Shown here one piece after another: positions 8,197-18,842 of a stretch of DNA of 64,000 nucleotides; within the stretch, counting starts at the first letter, position 1; each line of letters begins with the position of its first letter. A program made the position numbers and the translations under genes. This DNA comes from Alphaproteobacteria bacterium (GTDB lineage: Bacteria > Pseudomonadota > Alphaproteobacteria > Rickettsiales > JADKJE01): NCBI GenBank assembly GCA_016722515.1, contig JADKJE010000004.1:7544-71543 (forward strand), written 5' to 3'. A model generated the notes under the pieces. It saw only the letters and a program-made list of their open reading frames with translations. It searched no databases and was not told where the DNA came from.

Positions 8197-9712
8197 GGGT
8201 GCCTCCGAACAGGTTTTTACGTTTTGGTTTACTGAACATGTTGTAATCGTTGCCGCCGCTGTTACAGCCATCGCCGAACGAGAAGCCACAACCAGAACGG
8301 ACATCAAAGGCCGACATCGCATATTCTTTGTGCGAAGTGGGTATGACATAACGATCTTCGTAGTTTGCAATCGCCATATAGCGATACATTTCCTCGACCA
8401 TTGCCTCGCTTGTATTGGTTTGTTTCAGCACTTCGGTGTTCACGACCCCGTCCACATGGCGGGAGCGCATGAAGCTACGCATCGCAAGCATCCTCTCGAG
8501 CGCAACCACTACCGGCTCAACTTTACCAGCCGTGAGCAGATTTGCCAGATACATCACCGGAATGCGAAGGCTTTTTACATCGGGAATCACCCCATTCATC
8601 CCCATATCACCACTTTCTGCAGCGTTCTGAATCGGCGAAAGTGGCGGGATATACCATACCATTGGTAGGGTGCGGTATTCCGGATGCAATGGGAATGCAA
8701 TCTTCCATTCCATTACCATTTTATAGACGGGGGAACGTCTAGCAGCATCCATCCAACTATCAGGAATCCCTTCCGCTTTCGCTGCGGCAATCACTTCGGG
8801 ATCATTTGGATCAAGAAACATATTTAGCTGCGCCTGATACAAATCCTTCTCATCTTCGGTGCTTGCAGCTGCCTCAATCTTATCCGCATCATAGAGTAGT
8901 ACGCCCAGATAACGGATACGGCCGACGCAGGTTTCCGAGCATACGGTTGGCTCACCCGCTTCAATACGCGGATAACAGAAGGTACATTTCTCTGACTTGC
9001 CAGACTCCCAGTTGAAGTAGATTTTTTTGTACGGACAACCGGAGACGCACATGCGCCAGCCACGGCATTTATCCTGATCGATCAGCACAATGCCATCTTC
9101 CTCTCGCTTGTAAATCGCGCCCGATGGGCACGCAGCCACGCAGGTGGGGTTCAGGCAATGCTCACACAAGCGCGGCAGATACATCATGAAGGTGTTTTCA
9201 AACTGGCCGTACATTTCCTTCTGCACGTTCTCGAAATTGTAATCCTTCCCGCGATGCTCGAACTCACCGCCAAGGATTTCTTCCCAGTTTGGCCCACCGA
9301 CCACCTTGTCCATTTTCTTACCCGTAATGACCGACACGGGCTGGGCAGAAGGCATGGTTTTCGATTCCGGCGATTTTTGCAAATGCTCGTAATCGAAGGT
9401 GAATGGCTCGTAGTAATCATCGATAGACGGCATATTCGGATTGGCGAAGATATTCGCCAAGCTCCGCCATTTACCGCCTTGCTTGGGTTGCAGTTTGCCG
9501 TTTTTCTTGCGCGTCCAGCCGCCATTCCAACGCTTCTGGTTTTCCCAGTCTTTCGGATAACCAATACCAGGCTTGGTTTCAACGTTGTTAAACCACGCAT
9601 ATTCAACCCCACGACGCGACGTCCATACGTTTTTGCAGGTGACCGAACAGGTGTGGCAACCGATGCATTTGTCCAGATTGAGGACTTTACCGATTTGTGC
9701 TCTTACTCTCAT
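8183..9712 (-). CDS. narH: respiratory nitrate reductase beta subunit (Fe-S)
   Basis: MRVRAQIGKVLNLDKCIGCHTCSVTCKNVW... is collinear with the E. coli NarH N-terminus. The start is taken at 9712, 4 nt after the narG stop. Confidence 0.95.
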   Translation of the reverse strand: MRVRAQIGKVLNLDKCIGCHTCSVTCKNVWTSRRGVEYAWFNNVETKPGIGYPKDWENQKRWNGGWTRKKNGKLQPKQGGKWRSLANIFANPNMPSIDDYYEPFTFDYEHLQKSPESKTMPSAQPVSVITGKKMDKVVGGPNWEEILGGEFEHRGKDYNFENVQKEMYGQFENTFMMYLPRLCEHCLNPTCVAACPSGAIYKREEDGIVLIDQDKCRGWRMCVSGCPYKKIYFNWESGKSEKCTFCYPRIEAGEPTVCSETCVGRIRYLGVLLYDADKIEAAASTEDEKDLYQAQLNMFLDPNDPEVIAAAKAEGIPDSWMDAARRSPVYKMVMEWKIAFPLHPEYRTLPMVWYIPPLSPIQNAAESGDMGMNGVIPDVKSLRIPVMYLANLLTAGKVEPVVVALERMLAMRSFMRSRHVDGVVNTEVLKQTNTSEAMVEEMYRYMAIANYEDRYVIPTSHKEYAMSAFDVRSGCGFSFGDGCNSGGNDYNMFSKPKRKNLFGGTHASS

Positions 9713-9716
9713 TGCC

Positions 9717-12700
9717 TTATGCTCCCTGTTTGCCAAGCGCGGTTTGCTCTAAGCGTGGAATCTCGCCGTGGAAGAGCTTGTCGCCGTAGCTGTCTTCGTT
9801 CATCCATTCCACCTTATCCATCTTACGCAGCACGACGAATTCGTCGCGGTTACTGCCCACCGTTCCGTAATAGTTAAAGTCATACGAAAGCTGTGCATAG
9901 CCACCAATCATGTGCGTAGGTTTTAGTACGGTGCGTGTAACGGAATTGTGGATACCACCGCGTGCGCCGGTGATTTCACTGCCCGGTACGTTCACAATTT
10001 TCTCCTGCGCGTGGTACATCATCATCATGCCTTCCGGTACGCGCTGGCTGACCACCGCACGCGCCGTGAGCGCGCCGTTGGCATTGTAGGCTTCCACCCA
10101 GTCATTATCGATGACACCGATTTTTTTCGCATCGATCTCCGAAACCCAGATGATTGGTCCACCACGCGATAGCGTTAGCATCAGCAGATTATCTGTATAG
10201 GTCGAGTGAATACCCCATTTCTGGTGCGGCGTGATGAAGTTCAGCACCACCTCCTTACGGCCTTTGCCGAAGCGCTTGCTCACCTCGTCCGTGGTTTTCA
10301 AATCTACCGGCGGTTTGTAGGTGCAAAGCTGCTCGCCGAATGCCCGCATCCACGAATGATCCTGATAAAGCTGCTGACGGCCTGTCAGTGTGCGCCACGG
10401 AATCAGCTCATGCACGTTGGTGTAGCCTGCCGTGTAACTCACATGCTCAGATTCAATCCCGCTCCATGTCGGTGACGAGATAATCTTGCGCGGTTGCGCC
10501 TGAATATCACGATAGCGGATTTTCTCATCCTCGCGGGTATCCGCCAGATGCGTATGATCGCGCCCTGTGGCCTCACCGAGCGCTTTCCACGCTTTCACCG
10601 CCACTTCACCGTTGGTTTCCGGTGCCAGCATCATGATGGTTTCCGCCGCATCAATCGCAGTTTCAATACGCGGTTGACCTTTGCTGATGCCTTCTTCGGT
10701 AACAGTGTAGTTCAAATCCGCTAGCGCCTTCAGCTCATGCTCGGTATTCCACGAGACGCCTTTGCCGCCATTGCCTAGTTTGGCAAGCATTGGCCCAAGC
10801 GAGGTGAATTTCTTATAGGTATTTGGATAGTCCCTCTCTACCAGATGTACACTTGGCATGGTTTTACCTGGAATAGGCTCACACTCACCACGCATCCAGT
10901 CTTTGACATCAATACCTTGGGCAATTTCATTTTGTGTATCGTGCTTGATGGGGTTTAAGACCACATCCTGCTCGACACCTAAATGCCCTACGCAAACTTC
11001 AGAGAATTTCTTGGCAATGCCTTTATAAATATCCCAGTCTGTGCGTGATTCCCATGCCGGATCAACTGCCGCAGAAAGCGGGTGAATGAAGGGATGCATA
11101 TCGGAAGTATTCAGATCGTGCTTTTCATACCAGGTCGCGGTCGGCAGCACGATATCCGAGTACATACACGTCGTGGACATGCGGAAATCGAGTGTAACCA
11201 GCAGGTCGAGTTTGCCTTCAGGGGCTTTATCGTGCCAGACCACTTCCTTGCTTAGGCTTCTTCCTTCTTCGCCTAAATCCTTGCCCTGAACGCCATGCTG
11301 CGTACCCAGCAAATGCTTGAGGAAATATTCATGGCCTTTACCGCTAGAGCCTAGAATATTCGAGCGCCAGACAAACATATTGCGCGGCCAGTTTTGCGGT
11401 GCATCGGGATTATGGCAGGAGAGTTTTAGTTCGCCCGATTTCAGCCCAGCCGCAACCGCAGCCCCCACGGCCTCACCCGAATCTTTGATAATTTTACCCA
11501 GCTCTAGCGGGTTACGCTCCATTTGAGGCGCAGAAGGCAACCAGCCCATACGCTCGGACTTGGCATTGCAGTCAATGAAAGAAGCATTTTTCCAATCCGT
11601 ATTATCTTCCAGCGGCGAGAGAATCTCTTCCATTTTGAGCTTCTCATAGCGCCATTGGTCGGTATGGGCATAGAAGAACGAGGTGGAGTTCTGCTGACGC
11701 GGTGGGCGATTCCAGTCGGTGGCAAATGCCAGTGGTGCCCAGCCAGTTTGTGGGCGGAGTTTTTCCTGACCTACATAATGGCTCCAGCCACCGCCCGATT
11801 TACCGATACACCCACACATCACCAGCATATTGATGATCGCGCGGTAGTTCATGTCCATGTGATACCAGTGGTTCATCGCCGCACCGATAATCACCATCGA
11901 TTTGCCGTGGGTTTTATGGGCATTCTCTGCAAACTGACGCGCCACGTTGATCACATGCTCACGCTTGACGCCAGTAATATGCTCCTGCCAAGCGGGGGTA
12001 TAAGGCACATCATCGTCAAACGAGCTGGCAACATTGCCGCCGCCAAGGCCACGATCCACGCCATAATTGGCAATGAACAAATCGTAGCAGGTGGTAACGA
12101 TGGCTTCACCGTCTTTGAGTTTCATTTTAATCGCAGGAATATTGCGCTCTAAAATACTGGCATGATCGGTCGAATTAAAATGCTCATGCTCCAGATTGCC
12201 GAAATATGGGAACGCCGCACTGACCACTTCGCGCTTGCTGTGCTCCATAAGCGAAAGCAATGGCCAGAGTTCCTCACCCGTGACCTCGTCTTTCGGCTCC
12301 AGATTCCATTTGCCTTTCTGTCCCCAGCGCGAACCAATCGTGCCATTCGGGATACGCACTTTCTCTTCATGGCCGCACATAATCACTGGCTTCCAGTCCG
12401 GATTATTGTCCGTACCCATATTGCCTTCAAAGTCGGAGGCGCGCAGCATACGCTCCGGCACCAGATAGCCATCCTTATTTTTGATTAAGCGCACAAGAAA
12501 CGGCATGTCCGTGTACATGCGGCAGTAATCATCGAAATAATCGCTTTTGCCTTTCACATGCCATTCGGCGGCAATCACATGCCCCATCGCCATGGCGAGT
12601 GCGGCGTCGGTACCTTGTTTGGGGTGCATCCACAAATCGCAGAGTTTGGCGACTTCGGAATAATCGGGCGTAACGGCCACGGTTTTTGCGCCTTTGTAGC

Positions 12701-13514
12701 GCACCTCGGTGAAGAAGTGGGCATCCGGCGTGCGCGTTTGCGGCACATTGCTGCCCCAGGCAATAATGAAATTGGAGTTATACCAGTCAGCGGATTCTGG
12801 CACGTCTGTCTGCTCGCCCCATGTTTGCGGGCTGGAAGGAGGCAGATCGCAATACCAGTCGTAAAAGCTCATACATACGCCACCAATCAGCGACAGGTAG
12901 CGCGATCCTGCGGCGTAGGACACCATTGACATGGCAGGAATCGGCGAGAAGCCGATGATACGGTCGGGTCCGTGCTGCTTTGCCGTATAGACGTTGGCGG
13001 CAGCAATGATTTCATTCACTTCATCCCAATCGGTGCGAACAAAGCCGCCCAGACCGCGCACTTTCTGATAGGATTTGCGGGTTTGCTCGTTACCCACTAC
13101 CGCTGCCCATGCATTCACAGGGTCTTTGGCGATTTTTTTCGCATCGCGGTAGGCTTTCAGCAAGCGGCTGCGAATGAGCGGGTATTTCAAGCGGTTGGCG
13201 CTATAGAGATACCAGGAATAGCTTGCGCCACGCGAACAACCACGCGGCTCATGGTTCGGCATATCCGGGCGGGTGCGCGGATAGTCCGTTTGTTGCGTTT
13301 CCCATGTGACAAGACCGTTTTTCACATAAATCTTCCAGCTGCACGAGCCAGTGCAATTCACGCCATGGGTGGAGCGCACAATTTTGTCATGCTGCCAGCG
13401 ATCACGGTAGGTGTGCTCCCACTCGCGTGACTCATCGGTGGTGATACCGTGGCCGCCCGCGAATGGCTCTTTCACTTGTTTGAAAAAGGTCAGCTTGTCG
13501 ATTAAATAGCTCAT
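9717..13514 (-). CDS. narG: respiratory nitrate reductase alpha subunit (Mo-bisMGD)
   Basis: 1265 aa. The N-terminus ...RWQHDKIVRSTHGVNCTGSCSWKIYVKNGLVTWETQQTDYPRTRPD is nearly identical to the E. coli NarG signature. Confidence 0.97.
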   Translation of the reverse strand: MSYLIDKLTFFKQVKEPFAGGHGITTDESREWEHTYRDRWQHDKIVRSTHGVNCTGSCSWKIYVKNGLVTWETQQTDYPRTRPDMPNHEPRGCSRGASYSWYLYSANRLKYPLIRSRLLKAYRDAKKIAKDPVNAWAAVVGNEQTRKSYQKVRGLGGFVRTDWDEVNEIIAAANVYTAKQHGPDRIIGFSPIPAMSMVSYAAGSRYLSLIGGVCMSFYDWYCDLPPSSPQTWGEQTDVPESADWYNSNFIIAWGSNVPQTRTPDAHFFTEVRYKGAKTVAVTPDYSEVAKLCDLWMHPKQGTDAALAMAMGHVIAAEWHVKGKSDYFDDYCRMYTDMPFLVRLIKNKDGYLVPERMLRASDFEGNMGTDNNPDWKPVIMCGHEEKVRIPNGTIGSRWGQKGKWNLEPKDEVTGEELWPLLSLMEHSKREVVSAAFPYFGNLEHEHFNSTDHASILERNIPAIKMKLKDGEAIVTTCYDLFIANYGVDRGLGGGNVASSFDDDVPYTPAWQEHITGVKREHVINVARQFAENAHKTHGKSMVIIGAAMNHWYHMDMNYRAIINMLVMCGCIGKSGGGWSHYVGQEKLRPQTGWAPLAFATDWNRPPRQQNSTSFFYAHTDQWRYEKLKMEEILSPLEDNTDWKNASFIDCNAKSERMGWLPSAPQMERNPLELGKIIKDSGEAVGAAVAAGLKSGELKLSCHNPDAPQNWPRNMFVWRSNILGSSGKGHEYFLKHLLGTQHGVQGKDLGEEGRSLSKEVVWHDKAPEGKLDLLVTLDFRMSTTCMYSDIVLPTATWYEKHDLNTSDMHPFIHPLSAAVDPAWESRTDWDIYKGIAKKFSEVCVGHLGVEQDVVLNPIKHDTQNEIAQGIDVKDWMRGECEPIPGKTMPSVHLVERDYPNTYKKFTSLGPMLAKLGNGGKGVSWNTEHELKALADLNYTVTEEGISKGQPRIETAIDAAETIMMLAPETNGEVAVKAWKALGEATGRDHTHLADTREDEKIRYRDIQAQPRKIISSPTWSGIESEHVSYTAGYTNVHELIPWRTLTGRQQLYQDHSWMRAFGEQLCTYKPPVDLKTTDEVSKRFGKGRKEVVLNFITPHQKWGIHSTYTDNLLMLTLSRGGPIIWVSEIDAKKIGVIDNDWVEAYNANGALTARAVVSQRVPEGMMMMYHAQEKIVNVPGSEITGARGGIHNSVTRTVLKPTHMIGGYAQLSYDFNYYGTVGSNRDEFVVLRKMDKVEWMNEDSYGDKLFHGEIPRLEQTALGKQGA

Positions 13515-13574
13515 ATTGTGCTCTTCCTAGGATGTTATGCTGCTGGATGTTAGGTGGCGAACTGCCTCGCGTGA

Positions 13575-13588
13575 TTGATGTGGATCAA
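13575..13588. promoter_or_regulatory. perfect FNR/Dnr box TTGAT-GTGG-ATCAA upstream of narG
   Basis: Perfect consensus match. The centre is about 68 nt upstream of the narG ATG, in the narK-narG spacer. Confidence 0.65.
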
Positions 13589-13609
13589 CTTCTCGCTTTT
13601 TCATGAAAT

Positions 13610-14923
13610 TTAGCATTTTACCTCGGCTCCTTTGCGGAAATACCAGATGTAGGTCACAAACAGGCAGGTGACGTAGTAGCCGATGAAACCCCATAGGGCG
13701 GTGTCAGCGGCACCGGTTGCTTCAATCGACCAGCCGAAGCATTTGGGCAGTACGAATGCGCCGTAAGCAGCAATGGCCGCGCTGAAACCCAGAACAGGTG
13801 CTTTTTCCTTGGGTGGGAAAATCACACCAATCATGCGGAAAACAGATCCGTTGGCGATGCCAGTGGTGGTGAACAGCACCATGAAGCAGGCAAAGAATCC
13901 TGCGAATTGTTTGGTCTCTGGTTGGATAAAGTGAATAACGCCAACCACCGCCGCAATCATAACGATGAGGTTCCAGAATGTGACCGATGCGCCACTGGTC
14001 TTATCCGACATCCAGCCGCCAACAGGGCGGATGAGCGCACCTAAGAGCGGCCCGATAAACGCATAATCAAGTGGATTGACATCCGTGAACTGGGTTTTGA
14101 TGAGCAGCGGAAACGCCGCCGCATATCCAATGAACGAACCGAACGACATGACATAAAGCCATGTGGTGAGATACATATGCTTGCGTTTGAAAATGATAAG
14201 CTGCTCAGCGAGCGGCGTTTTGGCAGATTTCAAATTATCCATGCCAAATGCAGCAGCGAGGGTGCACAGAATAATTGGAATGACCCAGATAAAACCTGCA
14301 TTCTGTAGCCATACGGTTTTGGTTGCGCCATCTGCAGCAGTCATGGTTTGCGAAATGCCCCCCAGATCACCAAACACACTGGCACCGATGACCACGGGAA
14401 CCAGAAATTGGAGCGCGCTAACGCCCAGATTGCCGAGGCCAGCATTCAGCCCCAGCGCAGTTCCTTGCGCCTTTTTCGGAAAGAAAAAGCTGATATTCGA
14501 CATCGAAGAAGAGAAGTTGCCGCCACCAAAACCGCAGGCCAGCGCCAAAAGCAGCATGGTTTCATAAGGCGTATTCGGGTCTTGCACGGCAAGCCCAATA
14601 CCAATCGCCGGAATCAGGAGTGTGATGGTGCTTAAGACTGTCCAGTTGCGCCCACCAAAAATAGGTACGACAAACGAATAAATGATCCGCAGCGTCGCGC
14701 CCGTAAGCCCTGGCACTGCCGCGAGCGTAAATAACTGCTCTTTAGTGAAATTGAAGCCAACACTATTGAGATTGACGGCGACCGCCGACCAGATCATCCA
14801 TGTGGCGAACCCTAGAAACAGACAGGGAATCGAAATCCATAGATTGCGGCGTGCGATTTTCTTGCCGTGCTTTTCCCAGAAACTATTCTCTTCGGGGTTC
14901 CATTGTTCCAGATGTGTTGACAT
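13610..14923 (-). CDS. narK: MFS nitrate/nitrite transporter (NarK2-like)
   Basis: 437-aa 12-TM ORF immediately upstream of narG. It belongs to the NarK/NasA family by sequence character and operon context. Confidence 0.9.
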   Translation of the reverse strand: MSTHLEQWNPEENSFWEKHGKKIARRNLWISIPCLFLGFATWMIWSAVAVNLNSVGFNFTKEQLFTLAAVPGLTGATLRIIYSFVVPIFGGRNWTVLSTITLLIPAIGIGLAVQDPNTPYETMLLLALACGFGGGNFSSSMSNISFFFPKKAQGTALGLNAGLGNLGVSALQFLVPVVIGASVFGDLGGISQTMTAADGATKTVWLQNAGFIWVIPIILCTLAAAFGMDNLKSAKTPLAEQLIIFKRKHMYLTTWLYVMSFGSFIGYAAAFPLLIKTQFTDVNPLDYAFIGPLLGALIRPVGGWMSDKTSGASVTFWNLIVMIAAVVGVIHFIQPETKQFAGFFACFMVLFTTTGIANGSVFRMIGVIFPPKEKAPVLGFSAAIAAYGAFVLPKCFGWSIEATGAADTALWGFIGYYVTCLFVTYIWYFRKGAEVKC

Positions 14924-14951
14924 AAAAAGGCCTTCTTGGGTTTGAGGATTG

Positions 14952-16277
14952 CTAATGCTTGGGTGCTACATCCAGCTCAGGCAGGAATTTCGGCCCACGC
15001 AGTTCGGGGTGTTTCTGTTTTTCCATCAACATGATGGCAAAATGCATCCAGATAAGTGCTGCCGACACCAGCACGAAGAGCAGCATGAAGCAGCTCGTCC
15101 AGATGTTGGTGAGGTCATTGAGAATGCCGAATGCTAAGGGTAGGAAGAAACCACCAAGGCCGCCTATCAGCCCAACAATTCCCGCAACAGAGCCGACGTT
15201 ATCGGGGTAATAGACAGGGATATGCTTATAAACGGCAGCCTTGCCAAACGACATGAATAGACCCAACACGAATATGATCACTGTGAAGGGAACAACGCTA
15301 AGCCCCGTGCTGAACTCTATGTTTTCGCCGTTAATGCCGTGAATGACATAATCGGTGGATGGATAGCTGAGGATGAAGCAACAGATGATGCAGACGCTGA
15401 ACGTCCAGTACATGACTTTGCGCGCACCGTATTTATCCGACATCCAGCCGCCGATAGCGCGGAAAGCCGAAGCGGCGATAGAGAAGCTGGCAGCGAGCAT
15501 CCCTGCGACTTTAATGTCTAGCCCATACGCTCCGACATAATAGCGCGGCATCCATAAAGCGAGCGCCACAAACGCGCCAAATACGAAGAAATAATAGAGC
15601 GAAAAGCGCCATACTTGCAGTTTTTTGAGAGGTGCAAGCGCCATTTTAGTGGTTTTTGCAGGTGCGCCCGTTCTGCGGCGCTCGACTAGCTCAGGCTCAT
15701 CTTTGGTCATCAGAAACCAGAGGATGGTGGTCACCGCAAGCGCAACTGCCCAGATCTGCGCCACACTATGCCAGCCATAAGCCACCATGATAAATGGCGC
15801 ACCGAATTTGGTGACGGCAGCACCGATATTTCCCATACCGAAAATGCCAAGCGCGGTGCCTTGCCTGTCTTTGCTGTACCATTTCGAGAGATATGCAATA
15901 CCCACCACGAATGTACCGCCTGATAGCCCCATGCCAAGTGCCGTGATCAACATCATCTCATAGGTTTCTGCGTAGGTGAGCATCCATGTGGAGGCCGCTG
16001 CACAAAGCGAAACCAGCAGCATCACTCTCCGACCGCCAAACTGATCCGCCCAGATGCCTAAAAACAGCCGCACCAGCGATCCGGTGAGGATTGGTGTGCC
16101 GATAAGCAGACTAAACTGCGTATCGTTTAGATTCAGCTCCTGTTTAATCTGTACCCCAATAATGGCGAAGATCGTCCAGACGGCAAAGTTCAGCGTAAAC
16201 TCCAGCGTCGTGCTGTAAAGCGCACGATTTTGCTGGCTGGCAGGGATTGTTTTTAAGTTAACCATAAGAGACCTCAC
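14952..16277 (-). CDS. narK: MFS nitrate/nitrite transporter (NarK1-like)
   Basis: 441-aa 12-TM ORF, the first gene of the narK-narK-narGHJI arrangement. Confidence 0.9.
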   Translation of the reverse strand: MRSLMVNLKTIPASQQNRALYSTTLEFTLNFAVWTIFAIIGVQIKQELNLNDTQFSLLIGTPILTGSLVRLFLGIWADQFGGRRVMLLVSLCAAASTWMLTYAETYEMMLITALGMGLSGGTFVVGIAYLSKWYSKDRQGTALGIFGMGNIGAAVTKFGAPFIMVAYGWHSVAQIWAVALAVTTILWFLMTKDEPELVERRRTGAPAKTTKMALAPLKKLQVWRFSLYYFFVFGAFVALALWMPRYYVGAYGLDIKVAGMLAASFSIAASAFRAIGGWMSDKYGARKVMYWTFSVCIICCFILSYPSTDYVIHGINGENIEFSTGLSVVPFTVIIFVLGLFMSFGKAAVYKHIPVYYPDNVGSVAGIVGLIGGLGGFFLPLAFGILNDLTNIWTSCFMLLFVLVSAALIWMHFAIMLMEKQKHPELRGPKFLPELDVAPKH

Positions 16278-16325
16278 GACCTATTTGTGATGATCCCAGA
16301 CTGTCCCAACCCCGAGAAAACCTAT

Positions 16326-16339
16326 TTGATCCGTATCAA
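16326..16339. promoter_or_regulatory. perfect FNR/Dnr box TTGAT-CCGT-ATCAA in the narK / hemN divergent region
   Basis: Perfect consensus match. The centre is 66 nt upstream of the hemN GTG and 56 nt upstream of the narK ATG. Confidence 0.65.
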
Positions 16340-16390
16340 GTATTTTTAATGGAGGATGATTTTTAATCGGGCTGTGTCATGAAAATGAGG

Positions 16391-16404
16391 TTGATCTGTG
16401 TCAA
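16391..16404. promoter_or_regulatory. second FNR-like box TTGAT-CTGT-GTCAA
   Basis: One mismatch. It overlaps the predicted hemN GTG start, so if functional it probably serves narK (about 120 nt upstream). Confidence 0.4.
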
Positions 16405-17780
16405 GCACTCTAGCCGCGCCGTCCTTTGAAACACCTGAGAAACCGCCAACTTGGCTGGGGTTGCAAGCGCCGCGCTATACCAGCTACCCATCGGCGCAGC
16501 ATTTTCATGCTGGCGTGAATGCGGATCTACATGCGTCGTGGCTTGCCTCCATACGCAAGGATCAAACGGTTTCTGCCTATGTACATATTCCGTTTTGCAG
16601 GGAGCTATGCTGGTTTTGCGGTTGCCACACCAAGATGACCTACCGTGATGAACCGATAGAAAAATACGTGCGCGTATTGCTGGATGAGATTGCACTGATT
16701 GGAAAGCACGCCGCTGGGAAAGGAATATTGAAGCAGATTCACTTTGGCGGCGGAAGCCCAAGCCTGCTGAACGAATCACAGCTCATGTCAATTTTGTATG
16801 CACTGGCATCAGCGTTTGAGTTTGCGCCGCCCGGCGAGCTTGCGATTGAGCTTGATCCGCGCACGACCAGCGAAGAAAAAATAGCGTTTTACGGCAGCCT
16901 CGGCTTTACGCGCGTCAGTATGGGAATTCAGGACTTTGATCCAAAGGTGCAGAAGGCGGTGAATCGCATCCAATCGTTTGAGATGGTCGCAGGATTAATG
17001 AAGCGACTGCATGAAGCAGGAATTCATCAGATCAACACCGACCTGATTTATGGTCTGCCTTATCAAACCGTGACCAGTTTTGAGCATACATTAAAGCAAA
17101 CGCTGTCGCTTACACCATCACGCATTGCGCTCTTCTCTTATGCCCATGTGCCGCATATGAAAAAGCATCAGCGCTTAATTGATGAACATGCGCTACCCGA
17201 TGATCGCACGAAGCTCACGCTTTATCGGATGGCGACAGAGTTTTTGCTCGCAAATGGCTACACAGCGATTGGTATCGACCACTTTGCGCGCGCGGATGAC
17301 AGCCTCACAGTTGCAGCGAACTCTCATCGCATGCGGCGTAATTTTCAAGGATACGTCACCGATACCACCGATATTTTGCTGGGCTTTGGTACCTCTGCCA
17401 TTAGTCAGTTTCCGGGCGGGTATACCCAGAATTACAGCGCCACACACGAGTACAGTAAACGGATTGAAGCGGGTCAGCTCGCCACATGCCGAGGCTGGAA
17501 AGCGGGCGCACAGGATAGCTTCCGCAAAGAAATTATCGATACGCTAATGTGCTACATGGAGGCCGACATAGGCCAAATTGCTGCTAAGCACGGTCAGGAC
17601 GCAAATATTTGCGCGCGCGAGCTGACATTGCTGCAGGAATGTGCCTACAGCGATATTGCACATACAAAGGGAAACCTAGTGCAGATTGCCACGCCGTATC
17701 GCATGGCATCGCGCGCGGTCGCGGCGGTATTTGATCAGTATCAACTACCTGACTCTGCTCAGTATTCGAGAGTATCCTAA
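16398..17780 (+). CDS. hemN: oxygen-independent coproporphyrinogen III oxidase (radical SAM)
   Basis: 460 aa with PRYTSYP and the radical-SAM cluster motif CRELCWFCGC. GTG start with GAGG 8 nt upstream. Confidence 0.9.
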   Translation: MSSTLAAPSFETPEKPPTWLGLQAPRYTSYPSAQHFHAGVNADLHASWLASIRKDQTVSAYVHIPFCRELCWFCGCHTKMTYRDEPIEKYVRVLLDEIALIGKHAAGKGILKQIHFGGGSPSLLNESQLMSILYALASAFEFAPPGELAIELDPRTTSEEKIAFYGSLGFTRVSMGIQDFDPKVQKAVNRIQSFEMVAGLMKRLHEAGIHQINTDLIYGLPYQTVTSFEHTLKQTLSLTPSRIALFSYAHVPHMKKHQRLIDEHALPDDRTKLTLYRMATEFLLANGYTAIGIDHFARADDSLTVAANSHRMRRNFQGYVTDTTDILLGFGTSAISQFPGGYTQNYSATHEYSKRIEAGQLATCRGWKAGAQDSFRKEIIDTLMCYMEADIGQIAAKHGQDANICARELTLLQECAYSDIAHTKGNLVQIATPYRMASRAVAAVFDQYQLPDSAQYSRVS

Positions 17781-17796
17781 CGATGGAGAATCCCAC

Positions 17797-18216
17797 ATGA
17801 AAAACTTGGATCGTTTTCGTCATGAACATGCAGAAATACTGGGAATTGCGTATGAGATTCGCCATCTGCTGCAACCAGATCACGTGTCAAAAAATGCTGG
17901 CATGCTACATGCGCTCCTTGCGCAGTTGACCCGAAAAACCTTGGCGCATCTGCTTCATGAAGACCGCAGCGTTTATCAGGAGCTATTACTCAGCGAACAT
18001 GAACCCACCAGAATGCTTGCCAGAAATCACGCACAAAGCATGGGTTGCTTTGCGGATAGCCTTAAGCACTATCTAAATGACTGGCCTGATACGCAGACTC
18101 TTGCCCGCAAACCAAAGCAATTTTGCGAGCAGACGCAGGCGCTGATTGCGGACCTTGAGCGCCGAATTGATCATGAAGAGCGCGGATTATACCCTTTTTC
18201 GGAAGGCCGAGCATGA
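17797..18216 (+). CDS. hemerythrin (HHE cation-binding) domain protein
   Basis: ORF 17686..18216; ATG at 17797 preceded by GGAGA. His/Glu pairs (RHEHAEI, HLLHEDR, IDHEER) are typical of hemerythrin-like sensors. Confidence 0.7.
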   Translation: MKNLDRFRHEHAEILGIAYEIRHLLQPDHVSKNAGMLHALLAQLTRKTLAHLLHEDRSVYQELLLSEHEPTRMLARNHAQSMGCFADSLKHYLNDWPDTQTLARKPKQFCEQTQALIADLERRIDHEERGLYPFSEGRA

Positions 18217-18842
18217 AGCGCATCGACATACAAATGCCATTCGATCCGCCCTATGGAGAGCGGGCAGAATCCAGTCCAACACTCAAGTTTTCTGAGTGGT
18301 ATGGGCAAGCGAAATTAAAAGAAAAGCAGGATGTTTCGGCAGTTTGTCTTGCAACTGCCACACGCTGCGGCGCACCTTCCTGCCGCATGGTGCTTTTGAA
18401 AGATTTCAGTGAGTCGGGCTTCACCTTCTATACCAATGCACAGAGCCGCAAAGGCTGCGATATCGATGATAATCCGCAGGCAGCCATGTGTTTCTATTGG
18501 CCTGAATGCGGCCTTCAGATTCGCGTGGAGGGCTTTGTAACCAACCTGAGCGATACGGAGGCAGATGCGTATTTTAATACGCGCCCTCTCAAATCACGAA
18601 TCGGGGCATGGGCATCGCAGCAGTCGAGGCCGCTTAAAGACCGATCCGAACTCATGAAGCGCATTGCTTATTACACGGCTAAATGGGCAACGGGAAACGT
18701 TGAGAGACCACCGTACTGGAAAGGTTTTCGGATCGTACCTGATTATTTTGAATTTTGGGGTAACGGCGCATATCGCATTCACGAGCGTCACATTTATTAC
18801 CTGCGTGATGACGATTGGTACGAGGCTATGCTGCAACCTTAA
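18213..18842 (+). CDS. pdxH: pyridoxamine 5'-phosphate oxidase
   Basis: 209 aa with the PdxH-type C-terminus ...FWGNGAYRIHERHIYYLRDDDWYEAMLQP. It forms an ATGA overlap with the hemerythrin gene. Confidence 0.85.
   Translation: MKRIDIQMPFDPPYGERAESSPTLKFSEWYGQAKLKEKQDVSAVCLATATRCGAPSCRMVLLKDFSESGFTFYTNAQSRKGCDIDDNPQAAMCFYWPECGLQIRVEGFVTNLSDTEADAYFNTRPLKSRIGAWASQQSRPLKDRSELMKRIAYYTAKWATGNVERPPYWKGFRIVPDYFEFWGNGAYRIHERHIYYLRDDDWYEAMLQP

Noticed and set aside
7483-8370. 295-aa version of narJ and other long N-terminal extensions (narI 7525, narH 9736, moeA 23843, hmp 32991, terS 58043)
   Set aside because: The extensions overlap the upstream gene and lack similarity. Internal starts give canonical N-termini and ATGA/TAATG coupling.
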